Virus record (IMG/VR): IMGVR_UViG_3300013281_000008
Location: 1 to 64,000 of that record
DNA length: 64,000 bases
Origin: a virus
Lineage: Duplodnaviria; Caudoviricetes
Direction: 5' to 3' (one strand)
In this document: positions 35,424-45,809 of the stretch, piece by piece
How positions within the stretch are numbered: the first letter of the stretch is position 1
Layout of the letters: each line of letters opens with the position of its first letter
The notes under the pieces: generated by a model
Database searches by the model: none
What the model was told of the DNA's origin: nothing
Seen by the model: the letters and a program-made list of their open reading frames with translations, nothing else
Program-made: the position numbers and the translations under genes

Positions 35424-35717
35424 AGAATTTTATTAAAAATCCAAATAATTAATTCAACGGCTATATCGGCAAATAATATAGCTGTAAATAAGGATAGCCA
35501 TTCTAATATGGCTTTTTTTCGTTTCTTGGAAGTTTTAACCAATTTCTTGGGCTTAAATTTTAAAACAGTTGCCATACTTTGCTATTCTTCCGGAAATAAT
35601 AACCAATATAAAAGAGACCGTTCTAATACATATTCTATTGCTTCTTCGGAATAATTATAATATTCCAGAAAACTATTAGCCCACTTACAATAATTCACAT
35701 TAATACCTTCGCACATA

Positions 35718-36083
35718 TTAAAAATGAATAAAAAAGCTTAGTTCGCTATTTAGGTGACTATAGATTTGCTTGCCCTTTTTCCCAAGAGATTTCGAGCGTT
35801 TTTTAGCCTCTTTAATAATATCTTCTAGTTCTTCAATATGAACATCCACCGAGACGTGGGGTGTTCCGGTTTTCTTATTAATTTTAGTATAGGAAGTCCT
35901 AGAAATATTCTTCTTATCTTTTAGAATATATTCTGCGTCATTTGGAAGCTCTTTACCCCGCCTATCGTGCAGAATGTAGTACCCATCTTCCATGTCAAGA
36001 AACTTAAACTTTCCCAGTTTCTTCTTTCCAGACATTTTCCAATAAATATTTTGGAATTGTTTTACTAGATCTTTCATTCCCAT
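35718..36083 (-). CDS. hypothetical basic protein
   Basis: 121-aa ORF. Confidence 0.55.
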   Translation of the reverse strand: MGMKDLVKQFQNIYWKMSGKKKLGKFKFLDMEDGYYILHDRRGKELPNDAEYILKDKKNISRTSYTKINKKTGTPHVSVDVHIEELEDIIKEAKKRSKSLGKKGKQIYSHLNSELSFFIHF

Positions 36084-36265
36084 TCCTTGAATTTCTTTAA
36101 AACTTTATCTTCATAGGGACGAATGGGAGTTGCTTTCTCGTATTCTTCAAGCGCTTCTGCCATTTCCTTAATTAGTGATAAAGCTTGATCTATATCCATT
36201 CCGAGCTGTCCGCGAAAGGACTCTGTGTTCTTAGAAAGCCGTTCATATCCGTTAGGGAGTTTCAT
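36074..36265 (-). CDS. hypothetical protein
   Basis: 63-aa ORF. Confidence 0.5.
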   Translation of the reverse strand: MKLPNGYERLSKNTESFRGQLGMDIDQALSLIKEMAEALEEYEKATPIRPYEDKVLKKFKEWE

Positions 36266-36543
36266 TACATCATTCCTGCTTTTTGTGCTAAAGTCTTAAC
36301 TATGTGGTTGATATCATTCTGATTTAGAACAAATCGTTCAAATAATGTTCGAACTTCTTGTGATCTAAGAATCTCGTCTTGGATTCTTTTAGACATTAGA
36401 TTGAAATCAGCATCAGATTGTTCATAACGCGCCAAATTACTTTCTAGTTTCTCAATCCGGGTCTTTAGATCCGCAACCAGATCTTGCAACTCTCCGAGTT
36501 TATTACAATGCATTATTATTCTCCGTATCTTCCGACTTAGCAT
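36265..36543 (-). CDS. coiled-coil hypothetical protein
   Basis: 92-aa ORF. Confidence 0.5.
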   Translation of the reverse strand: MLSRKIRRIIMHCNKLGELQDLVADLKTRIEKLESNLARYEQSDADFNLMSKRIQDEILRSQEVRTLFERFVLNQNDINHIVKTLAQKAGMM

Positions 36544-36688
36544 TAATAATTACTTGAGTTCTACCAGTATCGGGATTCTTAATTAGTTGAAATAACTGAA
36601 CTTTCTCTTCAATCCAAAAACCTTGCGAGTCTTTATAACGAAGATAATCTTCATTATCTTTTCTCGTTACAATCATCTGATAGCTCAT
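36503..36688 (-). CDS. hypothetical protein
   Basis: 61-aa ORF. Confidence 0.45.
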   Translation of the reverse strand: MSYQMIVTRKDNEDYLRYKDSQGFWIEEKVQLFQLIKNPDTGRTQVIINAKSEDTENNNAL

Positions 36689-36689
36689 A

Positions 36690-36908
36690 TTAATTACCAG
36701 AAGCGGCTTGCAATTCAGAAGTCGTTGAGTTCAACGTAGCGACATTGCCGACTAGACGGCCTTTAACAACAATCACGTTAAGACCTTTAGCCGTCAGATC
36801 TTGAACAGTAGTTGCCAATTCAGCTTCCCCGCGCACTTCTCGCGCAACTGGAGAATTACCATTAACCGTAACAACTGTGAAATAAATACTACCCTTCGTT
36901 CGTGCCAT
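36690..36908 (-). CDS. small hypothetical protein
   Basis: 72 aa, AGGAG SD, high-expression-like codon use. Confidence 0.6.
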   Translation of the reverse strand: MARTKGSIYFTVVTVNGNSPVAREVRGEAELATTVQDLTAKGLNVIVVKGRLVGNVATLNSTTSELQAASGN

Positions 36909-36978
36909 ATAAAAACTCCTATATAAAATTAATAATAAAATACTATTAATTGGAGTTTATAATAATTATGAAATTAAG

Positions 36979-37293
36979 TCAAGCAGTCTTTTGCTTTTGT
37001 CTGGAAGATTTGACTTTTGGAAGCTTTTCAATCTTCTTCTCAAGGAAGTCGTAGCTAAGTCCTTGATCTGACAGCTCTTTTTGATGACGACGGATATGTT
37101 CTACAAAAGACTTATATTGAGGATCAGAAGTCTCAATAATGCCCTTGTTTAAACAATCCATCAGATGTAGAGTATGACTTTCGATATGAGATGCGTGATC
37201 ATCCAAAGGACAATAGGAGACGTGATTACCGCGAACGGTGGTAATATTCTCCTTTCTAGCCCTAGCGAACGTTATTTGAATAATCTTTTGCAT
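36979..37293 (-). CDS. hypothetical protein
   Basis: 104-aa ORF. Confidence 0.5.
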   Translation of the reverse strand: MQKIIQITFARARKENITTVRGNHVSYCPLDDHASHIESHTLHLMDCLNKGIIETSDPQYKSFVEHIRRHQKELSDQGLSYDFLEKKIEKLPKVKSSRQKQKTA

Positions 37294-37459
37294 CTAAAAT
37301 ACTTATTAGATTTCCACTAGTTGAAGCAATCCGCTCTTCAAAATAATGTCCATTATCACATTTATAAGAATGGAATATAATCTTTTGTTCTGGTATATTA
37401 TCGACTTCCCAGCTAATAACTAAATGAACAGGTTTATCGCAATGTCTACAACCATACAT
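37262..37459 (-). CDS. small zinc-ribbon protein
   Basis: CxxC ... CxxxH. Confidence 0.5.
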   Translation of the reverse strand: MYGCRHCDKPVHLVISWEVDNIPEQKIIFHSYKCDNGHYFEERIASTSGNLISILDAKDYSNNVR

Positions 37460-37503
37460 ATATAACGAGTCTAGCAGAATCCTTTATTCTTAGCAAGTAA
37501 TTA

Positions 37504-37514
37504 TTAATAAGTAT
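37504..37514 (+). promoter_or_regulatory. TTAATAAGTAT candidate late promoter
   Basis: Intergenic, at the start of the plus-strand arm. Confidence 0.7.
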
Positions 37515-37537
37515 TTATAGACACTTAGAGAGGATTT

Positions 37538-37807
37538 ATGGCAGATTACGGAGATCAGTCAGATACACTTGACGAAGGGCAGATATTTAGGGCTATCTAT
37601 GATAAGCCTAAAGTCGCCATTCGTACTCTAGCTTTTAATTCCCTAGTTCCTGAAGATTATGATGAAATTACTTTAGCGTATATAACGTCGGGTAACGGTA
37701 CTGGAGAAATAGGAACTGTTTTATATAAAAAGGCTTCAGTAACTGTTGCTGCCTTATCTTTAACCTATGATAGTTCAAATCGTCTAATCGATGTATTAAG
37801 AGTTTAA
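37538..37807 (+). CDS. small virion-associated protein (putative)
   Basis: First gene of the structural arm. Confidence 0.55.
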   Translation: MADYGDQSDTLDEGQIFRAIYDKPKVAIRTLAFNSLVPEDYDEITLAYITSGNGTGEIGTVLYKKASVTVAALSLTYDSSNRLIDVLRV

Positions 37808-37808
37808 T

Positions 37809-38021
37809 ATGGCATTAAAAATAGTATTTAATCCATTTACTAATAATTTTGATTTCGTCGATGATACCGGAAGTGTAAGCTCTGATAATGTTTTAATTAA
37901 AAGAGCTATTACACAAGACTTTACCATTCCAAGTGGTTATACAATGCTGGGGAGAGACACTGTTATTGATTCTGGAATTACTTTAACAATCGACACCGAT
38001 GGTGAACTATTAGAATTATAA
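37809..38021 (+). CDS. small virion-associated protein (putative)
   Basis: FNPFT.NFD N-terminal motif typical of fibre-associated genes. Confidence 0.55.
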   Translation: MALKIVFNPFTNNFDFVDDTGSVSSDNVLIKRAITQDFTIPSGYTMLGRDTVIDSGITLTIDTDGELLEL

Positions 38022-38030
38022 GGATTTAAT

Positions 38031-39587
38031 ATGTCTAAAATTAATCTAAAAGAAGGAAATTCACCATCAACACCCCCAAGTGGCGAAGTCTCCGTGTATG
38101 TAAAAACTGATAAAGAACTTTATATTAAAAATGATTTAGGTGTTGAAACACCACTCACTAATGATAACGAAGTTAAGGTTTCGGCGACTGATACAACTTC
38201 TGATTTCTTAAATCCTAAAATTACAGCAGGAACGGGCATCAGTAAAACAATATTAAATCCAGCAGCTAATGAACAATTAGAATTAAGTGTAAACGAAGCA
38301 GCTCTCACATTAGATAATATTGGAGGCACTTTAAGTATTTCTAAAGGCGGTACTGGTCAAACGTCGGCGCTTGCTGCTTTTGACGCTCTTTCTCCTTTAA
38401 CAACTAAAGGTGATATTTTATCTAGAGACAATACTAATAATGTTCGAGTTCCAGTTGGTACAGATGGGCAGATTTTAACAGCAGATAGCGGACAACCATC
38501 TGGACTTAATTGGACAACCGCAGGAGCCGGAAGCGTAACTTCTGTCGCAATGACTGTTCCTTCTTTTCTCTCAGTTGCTGGAAGTCCTATTACATCCAGT
38601 GGAACTTTAGCTGTTTCTCTCGTTTCTCAAACCCAAAATCTAGTATTTGCTTCCCCAGATGGCGCTCCTGGAAATCCAACATTTAGAGCCCTTCTTAATA
38701 ATGATCTTCCTACTGTTTCAATAGCTAAGGGTGGTACTGGTCAGACGACTCAGACGGCTGCATTTAATGCGCTTTCACCAAACACAACAAAGGGAGATGT
38801 AATTGTTCATAATGGAACGAATAATGTTCGACAGGCCGTTGGTACAAATGGGCAAGTATTAGTTGCTGATAGTACTCAAACAACCGGAGTGAGATGGGGA
38901 AATTCTTTTGAACCAGCTAATGAAACTAGCTTTTTTGACGAATTCATTGGTTCAGATCAAGTAAGTTTAGCAGCTGCTGCTAGAGAGATTTCTAGAGGAT
39001 GGCGAGTAGACAATCCAGGTGGAGCGTCAACGACTAATTATTCCTCAGCAGTTTTAAGTGGAAATCATCCTGGTATAATTATTGTTACTAGTGGTTCTGC
39101 GGGTGGAAATTATTGTAATCTTTCTTTAGCAAGCAACGTTGCATTGGTATTAGGTGGTGGTCAAATACAATTTGAATTTCTTATTCATATACCAGTTCTT
39201 TCTAACGCAACTAATGAATACATTCAACGTTGGGGGTTTGGCGATACATCAGGTGCAAATCAAGCAAATGGTGTTTATTTTTCATACGATAGAGCATCTA
39301 GTGGTAACTTCTTTAGAATTGTTACAGCAAATGCTAGCACTAGAACAACAACTGTTACAGGGACTGCGGTTGCTGCGGGGACTTGGTATAAATTAAGAGC
39401 AGTTATTAACGCAGCTGGAACTAGCGTTGAATATTTTATTAATGGGATATCTGTTGGTACAATCGCGACAAATATTCCAACACTTCCAATAAGTCCATTT
39501 ATGCATTCTATTAGAAGTGCTGGCGGTCCGAGTTCGTTTTATATTGATTATTTTTATATGCAACAAACATTTACAACTCCGAGATAA
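38031..39587 (+). CDS. tail fibre/spike protein
   Basis: Two GGTG.T...AF.AL.P.TTKGD...VGT.GQ.L.ADS repeats; C-terminal lectin-like beta-sandwich. Confidence 0.7.
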   Translation: MSKINLKEGNSPSTPPSGEVSVYVKTDKELYIKNDLGVETPLTNDNEVKVSATDTTSDFLNPKITAGTGISKTILNPAANEQLELSVNEAALTLDNIGGTLSISKGGTGQTSALAAFDALSPLTTKGDILSRDNTNNVRVPVGTDGQILTADSGQPSGLNWTTAGAGSVTSVAMTVPSFLSVAGSPITSSGTLAVSLVSQTQNLVFASPDGAPGNPTFRALLNNDLPTVSIAKGGTGQTTQTAAFNALSPNTTKGDVIVHNGTNNVRQAVGTNGQVLVADSTQTTGVRWGNSFEPANETSFFDEFIGSDQVSLAAAAREISRGWRVDNPGGASTTNYSSAVLSGNHPGIIIVTSGSAGGNYCNLSLASNVALVLGGGQIQFEFLIHIPVLSNATNEYIQRWGFGDTSGANQANGVYFSYDRASSGNFFRIVTANASTRTTTVTGTAVAAGTWYKLRAVINAAGTSVEYFINGISVGTIATNIPTLPISPFMHSIRSAGGPSSFYIDYFYMQQTFTTPR

Positions 39588-39590
39588 TCA

Positions 39591-40109
39591 ATGTACGCTG
39601 TTAGATTATATAAATCGGTTCTAGATAAACCGATTGGCATACCAGACGAATGGCCTGCTGAAGTTGCAGATATAGGAGAAGCTTTAGAACTTCCTCCTGA
39701 ATATTTAGCATCTAAAGGTTGGATGCTAATGTCTCAAGAGGACCTTGATACCCAAAAGGCAACTAATAGAGCTAAGTATAATAATTGGTTTAATGACTAT
39801 AAGAAATTATCTAATAAAACAGTTCCAATTCAAACTATTGTAGAGCGTAAAATAATTAATGCCCAAGTTTTTGGTAATTCTATTATATTAGAATTTGCAG
39901 CTGAGAATGTTCTACTTGGATATGATTTAACAGATATTAAAAATATTATAGTCTTAACGTCTAAAGTTCTAGCTGCACTTCAAACCGGGAGTCTTTATGT
40001 CGCATTGGATGAATTAGAGTTGGTTGAAGAAAATGCTTATATTTCCCAAGAACGAAAGACTAAATATCGTAACAAACTTCAATCTTATTTAGGAATTCCT
40101 TTAACATAA
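39591..40109 (+). CDS. fibre-associated protein (putative chaperone)
   Basis: Follows the fibre gene; 172 aa. Confidence 0.4.
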   Translation: MYAVRLYKSVLDKPIGIPDEWPAEVADIGEALELPPEYLASKGWMLMSQEDLDTQKATNRAKYNNWFNDYKKLSNKTVPIQTIVERKIINAQVFGNSIILEFAAENVLLGYDLTDIKNIIVLTSKVLAALQTGSLYVALDELELVEENAYISQERKTKYRNKLQSYLGIPLT

Positions 40110-40110
40110 T

Positions 40111-40623
40111 ATGAAAACAATATATATTGGATTTTCTAAACCTAAATCGTGGTTTGTTCCACTTTCTTGGGCTATTCGTAAGATTGAAGGAGTCCCTTTC
40201 TCCCATGTATATATTCGATTTAAATCAGATTCGTTAGATCGGGATATTATTTATCATGCCAGTAAAACTATGGTCCATTTTATGGGCAAAGAACGGTTTG
40301 ATAAAGAAGCTATAATTGTTGAAGAATATGAGTTTAAAATTCCAGATGCTATTTATAAACACATGTTACAATATGCTATAGATAAGGCCGGTATTTCATA
40401 TGGGTCAATTGCATTAATTGGCTTAGGATTTGTTAAATTAGCCCGTTTTTTCGGGTTTAAAATAAGAAATCCCTTTAGTGATAAAGACGGATCTTATATA
40501 TGCTTGGAACTTATAGGTAGCTTATTGTGGTATTCTGGTGCAATAGATGAGATTCAAGAGCTTGAATCTATTGGTCTTTTAGAATTTAATGATATCATAA
40601 AAGACATCCAAATCGATTTTTAA
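40111..40623 (+). CDS. permuted papain-like amidase (YiiX/YaeF, NlpC/P60-like)
   Basis: FSHV (His) early and YICLEL (Cys) late: permuted catalytic order. Confidence 0.65.
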   Translation: MKTIYIGFSKPKSWFVPLSWAIRKIEGVPFSHVYIRFKSDSLDRDIIYHASKTMVHFMGKERFDKEAIIVEEYEFKIPDAIYKHMLQYAIDKAGISYGSIALIGLGFVKLARFFGFKIRNPFSDKDGSYICLELIGSLLWYSGAIDEIQELESIGLLEFNDIIKDIQIDF

Positions 40624-40630
40624 TAAGTAT
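40620..40630 (+). promoter_or_regulatory. TTAATAAGTAT candidate late promoter
   Basis: Overlaps the amidase stop; ahead of the packaging operon. Confidence 0.7.
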
Positions 40631-40705
40631 TTATAGAGACAGGTTTACCTAAAAAGATAACCTGACTAATAACTATCGCGTTGCGACGTTAGAAGGAGTA
40701 CTTAA

Positions 40706-40969
40706 ATGTCCAATAAAATTGTCACCTATACTGCCGAAGAACAACAAGATCTTACATCTCTAGCTGGAACTGAACGAGTACTTAAGAATACTCTTTCTCT
40801 TCTTCAAAATGGTATGTTTGTCGGAAATGCATCTTTGGCTGTTTTGGAATGTTCTCAATTTGTCGAATCGCTCGTCAAACAAACGACTGAGCAACGCGAG
40901 CGTATTGAAAAGGCAGCTAAAGCTCGTTCTGAAGCGTCAGAAGAGCCGAAGCTCGCTAAGGCTAATTAA
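40706..40969 (+). CDS. hypothetical protein
   Basis: 87 aa, AAGGAG SD. Confidence 0.6.
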   Translation: MSNKIVTYTAEEQQDLTSLAGTERVLKNTLSLLQNGMFVGNASLAVLECSQFVESLVKQTTEQRERIEKAAKARSEASEEPKLAKAN

Positions 40970-41172
40970 TGGAAACAATCGCTGATATATTTATAGCAAT
41001 AGCTTTAATTATTGTTACTGCTTCTTGCGTTTTCTTTATTATCGGCGATTTAAGGAGACCAACTAAATGGCAATCAAGAAACGCCCGACGAAACAAGAAC
41101 AATCTAATTTACCTCAACAACCATCGAAAGAGCCAAAAGCCCCAGCAGAATCAAACTTTGAAGCCCCAGTAA
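40969..41172 (+). CDS. small TM protein (holin/spanin-like?)
   Basis: N-terminal TM helix, basic tail. Confidence 0.35.
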   Translation: METIADIFIAIALIIVTASCVFFIIGDLRRPTKWQSRNARRNKNNLIYLNNHRKSQKPQQNQTLKPQ

Positions 41173-41339
41173 TCGAATCATATACTTTGGTTCGACGAGG
41201 TGGCGGATGGTCCGTTGCTGCGATTAAAACTCAAGGCGACAAAGTTCTTTCCACTGAGTATTCTGAGCCAGATCTTAAAAATGTTGCAAAAGAACGATTT
41301 GCTGTTACTTTTTCGCAAAAAGTATTGATGAAAGATTAA
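41067..41339 (+). CDS. hypothetical protein
   Basis: 90-aa ORF. Confidence 0.55.
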   Translation: MAIKKRPTKQEQSNLPQQPSKEPKAPAESNFEAPVIESYTLVRRGGGWSVAAIKTQGDKVLSTEYSEPDLKNVAKERFAVTFSQKVLMKD

Positions 41340-41340
41340 C

Positions 41341-41652
41341 ATGAAAGCTTATCTTTTTAAGGCGGCAGACTTTTTCCGACTAATTGATGAAACCAATAAG
41401 GTTTCCATTACCAATGTAGCAGTTTGGGTTGTGCTCGTTAAGATAGCTACCACCCAAGACTTCAATTTGGTAGACGCTGGAGCCCTTTTTGTGTCTCTTC
41501 TCAATTATTCCGGTAAAAAGCTCATGAGAAAGATCAAAGATCCTTCGGAAAAGAAAGAAGATGTTTCTAAGTATGAAGAAAAGCTGAAGGAGCTTCAAGA
41601 TAAAGTTAATTCCGTTATGGTTACCTCTGGAATTAAACGCACGGTCTTGTAA
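41341..41652 (+). CDS. two-TM membrane protein (holin-like)
   Basis: Two short hydrophobic helices and a charged C-terminus. Confidence 0.4.
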   Translation: MKAYLFKAADFFRLIDETNKVSITNVAVWVVLVKIATTQDFNLVDAGALFVSLLNYSGKKLMRKIKDPSEKKEDVSKYEEKLKELQDKVNSVMVTSGIKRTVL

Positions 41653-41894
41653 TGTCTCAGCTTAAATCCATGATTGAGTCTATTCTTATAACCGAAATTA
41701 AGCGGTTATACGAAATGGCAGCAACTCCGACCGGACTTACTAATGAAGAGACTAAGAAATTAGAAACGTTCTGTAAGATTCTTCATATTTTCGATGATCT
41801 TCACGACACGCCTAAAAAGTCTAAGCCAATACAAGCGTCAATGGAAGAACTAATACGTTTAGCTAAGACGCCTACGGATAAAGATGTCAAATAA
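41652..41894 (+). CDS. putative terminase small subunit
   Basis: Position immediately before TerL only. Confidence 0.35.
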   Translation: MSQLKSMIESILITEIKRLYEMAATPTGLTNEETKKLETFCKILHIFDDLHDTPKKSKPIQASMEELIRLAKTPTDKDVK

Positions 41895-43407
41895 TGATGA
41901 CATTGTATATCTTCAGCCGGAAGATAATGATGGGCAACCTGAAACGCCCATTCAATTAACTCCAGAAGGGGCTAGGGCTTATCTTTGGACAACTGGAAGC
42001 TTAGATTGGAAGCTTTATGATTCCCAAAAAGAGATATATAACGTTTGGCGTGATTATACAGGGCAGAAGTTTATCCTTAACTGTTCAAGGCGTTTTGGCA
42101 AATCATTCATGTTGTGTTTAATCGCAATTGAATATGCACTTAAACACCCTAAAAGTCGTATTTGCTACGCAGCCCCCACGGCAAAGATGGTTAAGAAGAT
42201 TATTGCTCCGATCTTCAAGGATATTCTTGAGGATTGTCCTAGAGAACTAAGACCGGTTTGGAAAGCTCAGGATCAAATCTACCTTTTTCATAACCAATCA
42301 GAAATCCATATAGCAGGTACTGACGCTGAACGCGCCGAAGCGCTTCGAGGTCAGTCTATGCATCTTGGTATTGTAGATGAAGCTGGGTTTATGAGCCAAA
42401 TGGACTACGTGGTGTCTGACATTCTTATGCCCCAGACACTTACAACGGATGGTAAAATCATTATCGCTTCCACTCCACCTAAAACACCGGCTCACGACTT
42501 CACCCAGTATGCCATTGACGCCGCCATACGTGGAAATTATATCAAACGGACCATTTATGACAATCATACCTTGTCAAAAACACGTATAATTCGAACCATG
42601 ATGGAAACTCAGCCTTCTTTAACTAAAGAACAGGCTGAAGAATACTATATGCAACGCTCTGGGCCTAAAAACTCCACCTGGCTCAGAGAATATATGGCTG
42701 AATTTGTCACAGATGAAGCCTATTCTGTCATACCAGAGTTTACTGAAGAATGGTCTAAGGAATTAGTCCAAGAATGTAATAAACCCCCATTTTTCGACTG
42801 TTATGTCAGTATGGACGTCGGATATAATGATTTTACCGCCGTTTTGTTTGGATATTGGGACTTTTTCGAAGCTAAGCTTATTATCGAAGACGAAATAGTC
42901 ATGAATCGCATGACTTCTGCAACTTTAGCTAACGAAATTAAGAATAAAGAGCTATTCCTATGGAATGGTAAGAAACCATACGTTAGAGTCTCCGATACTG
43001 ATCTAATTGTGCTCTCAGATCTCCAACGAACCCATGGAGTTAATTTCGTCCCAACCCCCAAGGACAATAAAGAAGCGGCCATCAACAAAGTTCGTATGAT
43101 GATTGCCGATAAGAAGATATTAATTAATCCACGATGTAAGAATCTTATTAATCATCTTAAATTTGCAGTTTGGAATAAGCAAAAAACCCAGTTCGAACGG
43201 TCTGGAGACTATGGTCACTTTGACCTTGTGGATGCCCTTGTTTATATGGTGCGGAATATACAAACTAATAGAAATCCTGTCCCCCCTGGACATGGTTTAA
43301 ATATAGCTACTCAGTTTGTTCCACCCCAAACCAAGAAATCTTACTCAGAAATCCAGATGGGTAAGCTTTTAAATTTAAAGAAGTATTTCAAAGACTGGAA
43401 TAAATAA
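41884..43407 (+). CDS. terL: terminase large subunit
   Basis: SRRFGKS Walker A, LRG, DEAG, STP motif III, RNase H-like domain MDVG...H.DLVDAL.Y. Confidence 0.92.
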   Translation: MSNNDDIVYLQPEDNDGQPETPIQLTPEGARAYLWTTGSLDWKLYDSQKEIYNVWRDYTGQKFILNCSRRFGKSFMLCLIAIEYALKHPKSRICYAAPTAKMVKKIIAPIFKDILEDCPRELRPVWKAQDQIYLFHNQSEIHIAGTDAERAEALRGQSMHLGIVDEAGFMSQMDYVVSDILMPQTLTTDGKIIIASTPPKTPAHDFTQYAIDAAIRGNYIKRTIYDNHTLSKTRIIRTMMETQPSLTKEQAEEYYMQRSGPKNSTWLREYMAEFVTDEAYSVIPEFTEEWSKELVQECNKPPFFDCYVSMDVGYNDFTAVLFGYWDFFEAKLIIEDEIVMNRMTSATLANEIKNKELFLWNGKKPYVRVSDTDLIVLSDLQRTHGVNFVPTPKDNKEAAINKVRMMIADKKILINPRCKNLINHLKFAVWNKQKTQFERSGDYGHFDLVDALVYMVRNIQTNRNPVPPGHGLNIATQFVPPQTKKSYSEIQMGKLLNLKKYFKDWNK

Positions 43408-43418
43408 TTAATAAGTAT
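43408..43418 (+). promoter_or_regulatory. TTAATAAGTAT candidate late promoter
   Basis: In the 24-nt gap before the portal gene. Confidence 0.7.
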
Positions 43419-43431
43419 ATTTGAGGTCAAT

Positions 43432-45462
43432 ATGTCATCAAAAGATACCTATTTCGCAGCTCTTCCGTCCGATGAGATCGGTCCAGAATTAATGCGAAAA
43501 GTCAATGATTGGTACACCCACATATCTGCTTCTGGCATATTTGGCCGGATGAAAAAGTCCTATTATTCTTATTATGGCTACAGCGATACCACTGGTGGTA
43601 CTTCTGCCGATATTCTTAAAGGTGGCTCCCAAGGTGAATTAGCTTTAATGAAGGTTAATCACTTCCGCAACCTCATACAGCACATTCTCGTAATGACTAC
43701 CAGTAATAGACCTGCCATGGAAGCCAGAGCGATTAACACAGACCATCGGTCAATGGCTCAAACTATTCTGGCTAATGGTATTCTTGATTATTATATGCGC
43801 GAAAAGACGCTTGAAGAGTACCTCAAACAATCTGCTGAATTTGCTCTAGTATTTGGTGAAGGTTACGTAACTCTTGAATGGGATGCCTCTCAAGGTGATG
43901 AATATGCCGCCGATCCAGACACTGGTAGAATCATCCACAGCGGAGATCTTCGATTTAATGCATTAAATCCAATTGATGTTGTTAAAGATGTTTATGAATC
44001 TGAAGTGGATAATCCTAACTGGCGTATTGTACGGAAGTTCCTTAATAAATATGATTTAGCTGCTAAATATCCTGAGCTATCTGAAAAGATTATTTCAGCG
44101 CCTTCTAAATATGATGCTGAAAAAAGCATGATGTTTGAATTTACTAATCCTTATAAGGAAAATAGCGACCTCGTTGCTGTTTATGAATTCTATCATCGAA
44201 GATCAGATTCACTTCCTTCTGGACGCTTGGTATCCTTCATCGACGACGAGGTAGTACTTTATGATGGACCTCTCCCTTACAAGAATGTGCCTATTTATCG
44301 CATTGCGCCTGGTAATTTCATTGGCACTGTTTATGGGTATTCTCCTGCTTTTGACCTCCTAGGTCTTCAAGAAGCTGTAGACGCCCTCTATTCCGTTATT
44401 GTAACGAATCAGACTACATTTGGTGTCCAAAACATTCTTATTCCTTCTGGACACAATATTGCTGTTAGTCAACTTGCTGGCGGTATGAATGTTATCGAAT
44501 ATGATAGCCAGCTTGGTAAACCAGAAGCCCTTAACCTAACGGCTACTCCTCCCGAAATCTTTAATTTTATTGATAAGATCGAACGAACGATGGAAACTAT
44601 CTCCGGTGTTAATCAAGTCGCTAGAGGTGATCCGGCTGCCAATCTTCGTTCTGGTAACGCGTTGGCGCTTATTCAATCGATGGCCATCCAATTCAATAGT
44701 GGGCTTCAGAATTCGTATGCTCGCTTAATTGAAAATATTGGTACTGGAATTATCAATACACTTAAAGAGTTCGCAGAAGCTCCGCGTATTATTATGATCA
44801 CTGGTCGGCATAATATGTCTTATGCTAAGGAATTTAAAGGATCTGATCTAGATAAGATCAATCGTGTTATTGTCGATATCGCAAACCCACTTAGTCGTAC
44901 AATGGCGGGTAAGGTTGAAATCGCAGATAACCTACTTAAGATGGGTCTGGTTAATCCTCAGCAATATATCAACCTAATTAAGACCGGAAATCTAGATGTA
45001 ATGCTCGAAGGACAAGAATCTGAATTGATGCTTGTCAAACAAGAAAATGAAGAGCTTTCCGAAGGAAGAGATGTAATAGCAGTCGTCACAGATGCTCACG
45101 CTCTTCATATCCAAGAACATAAGTCAGTTTTGGCCTCTCCAGATGTTCGCAAAGACCCCACGATAGTCCAGGCAGCTATCAAACATATCGAAGAACATAT
45201 TGAACTTCTCCGTTCTACCGATCCTGGACTTCTCGCAGTACTGGGGCAGCAAGCAATACCTCCTGTCGGGCAACAGCCTGGGGCACCTGCCGAAGGCGGG
45301 CTACCACCAGGCGGAGAGTCACCTCTCGCTGGAGCAGGCCAAACTATTCCAGAAACGTTAGAAGCACAAATGCAACCCGGTGAAGAAATGCCTTCGTTAC
45401 CAAGTCCAGCTACTAATCCACTCAGTGGAAATAAGTGGAATCCCGAGACAGGCGGTTTATAA
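43432..45462 (+). CDS. portal protein (podovirus/P22-like)
   Basis: Follows TerL; 676 aa; ISGV..V.RG....SG.AL pattern; disordered C-terminus. Confidence 0.85.
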   Translation: MSSKDTYFAALPSDEIGPELMRKVNDWYTHISASGIFGRMKKSYYSYYGYSDTTGGTSADILKGGSQGELALMKVNHFRNLIQHILVMTTSNRPAMEARAINTDHRSMAQTILANGILDYYMREKTLEEYLKQSAEFALVFGEGYVTLEWDASQGDEYAADPDTGRIIHSGDLRFNALNPIDVVKDVYESEVDNPNWRIVRKFLNKYDLAAKYPELSEKIISAPSKYDAEKSMMFEFTNPYKENSDLVAVYEFYHRRSDSLPSGRLVSFIDDEVVLYDGPLPYKNVPIYRIAPGNFIGTVYGYSPAFDLLGLQEAVDALYSVIVTNQTTFGVQNILIPSGHNIAVSQLAGGMNVIEYDSQLGKPEALNLTATPPEIFNFIDKIERTMETISGVNQVARGDPAANLRSGNALALIQSMAIQFNSGLQNSYARLIENIGTGIINTLKEFAEAPRIIMITGRHNMSYAKEFKGSDLDKINRVIVDIANPLSRTMAGKVEIADNLLKMGLVNPQQYINLIKTGNLDVMLEGQESELMLVKQENEELSEGRDVIAVVTDAHALHIQEHKSVLASPDVRKDPTIVQAAIKHIEEHIELLRSTDPGLLAVLGQQAIPPVGQQPGAPAEGGLPPGGESPLAGAGQTIPETLEAQMQPGEEMPSLPSPATNPLSGNKWNPETGGL

Positions 45463-45471
45463 GGAATAATT

Positions 45472-45807
45472 ATGAAAGAGAATCTATTTAACATTCTAGT
45501 TATTACAAACGGAGATATGTCCGGTAATTTGACCTCATCGATTGTGGATGTATCTAAAATCAATGCCGTTGTATTCTACGCCAAATGGACAGGAACTCCA
45601 ACTGGTTCTATTAAACTTCAAGTATCGATTGATGATGTAAACTGGGTGGATCTACCTAGTTCTTCCCAAGCAACTGGTGGCGCCGCTGGTGATTTTATGT
45701 GGAACGTTACTGATACTAATTATGACAAAATTAAATTAGTTTATACATTCTCATCTGGATCTGGGACATTAAATGTTCAAGCCAATGGTAAGGGTTCGAA
45801 GGTCTAA
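45472..45807 (+). CDS. virion protein, paralog of 55055-55390
   Basis: NLFNI..ITNGDMSGN...SGSGTLNVQ shared with the paralog. Confidence 0.65.
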   Translation: MKENLFNILVITNGDMSGNLTSSIVDVSKINAVVFYAKWTGTPTGSIKLQVSIDDVNWVDLPSSSQATGGAAGDFMWNVTDTNYDKIKLVYTFSSGSGTLNVQANGKGSKV

Positions 45808-45809
45808 TT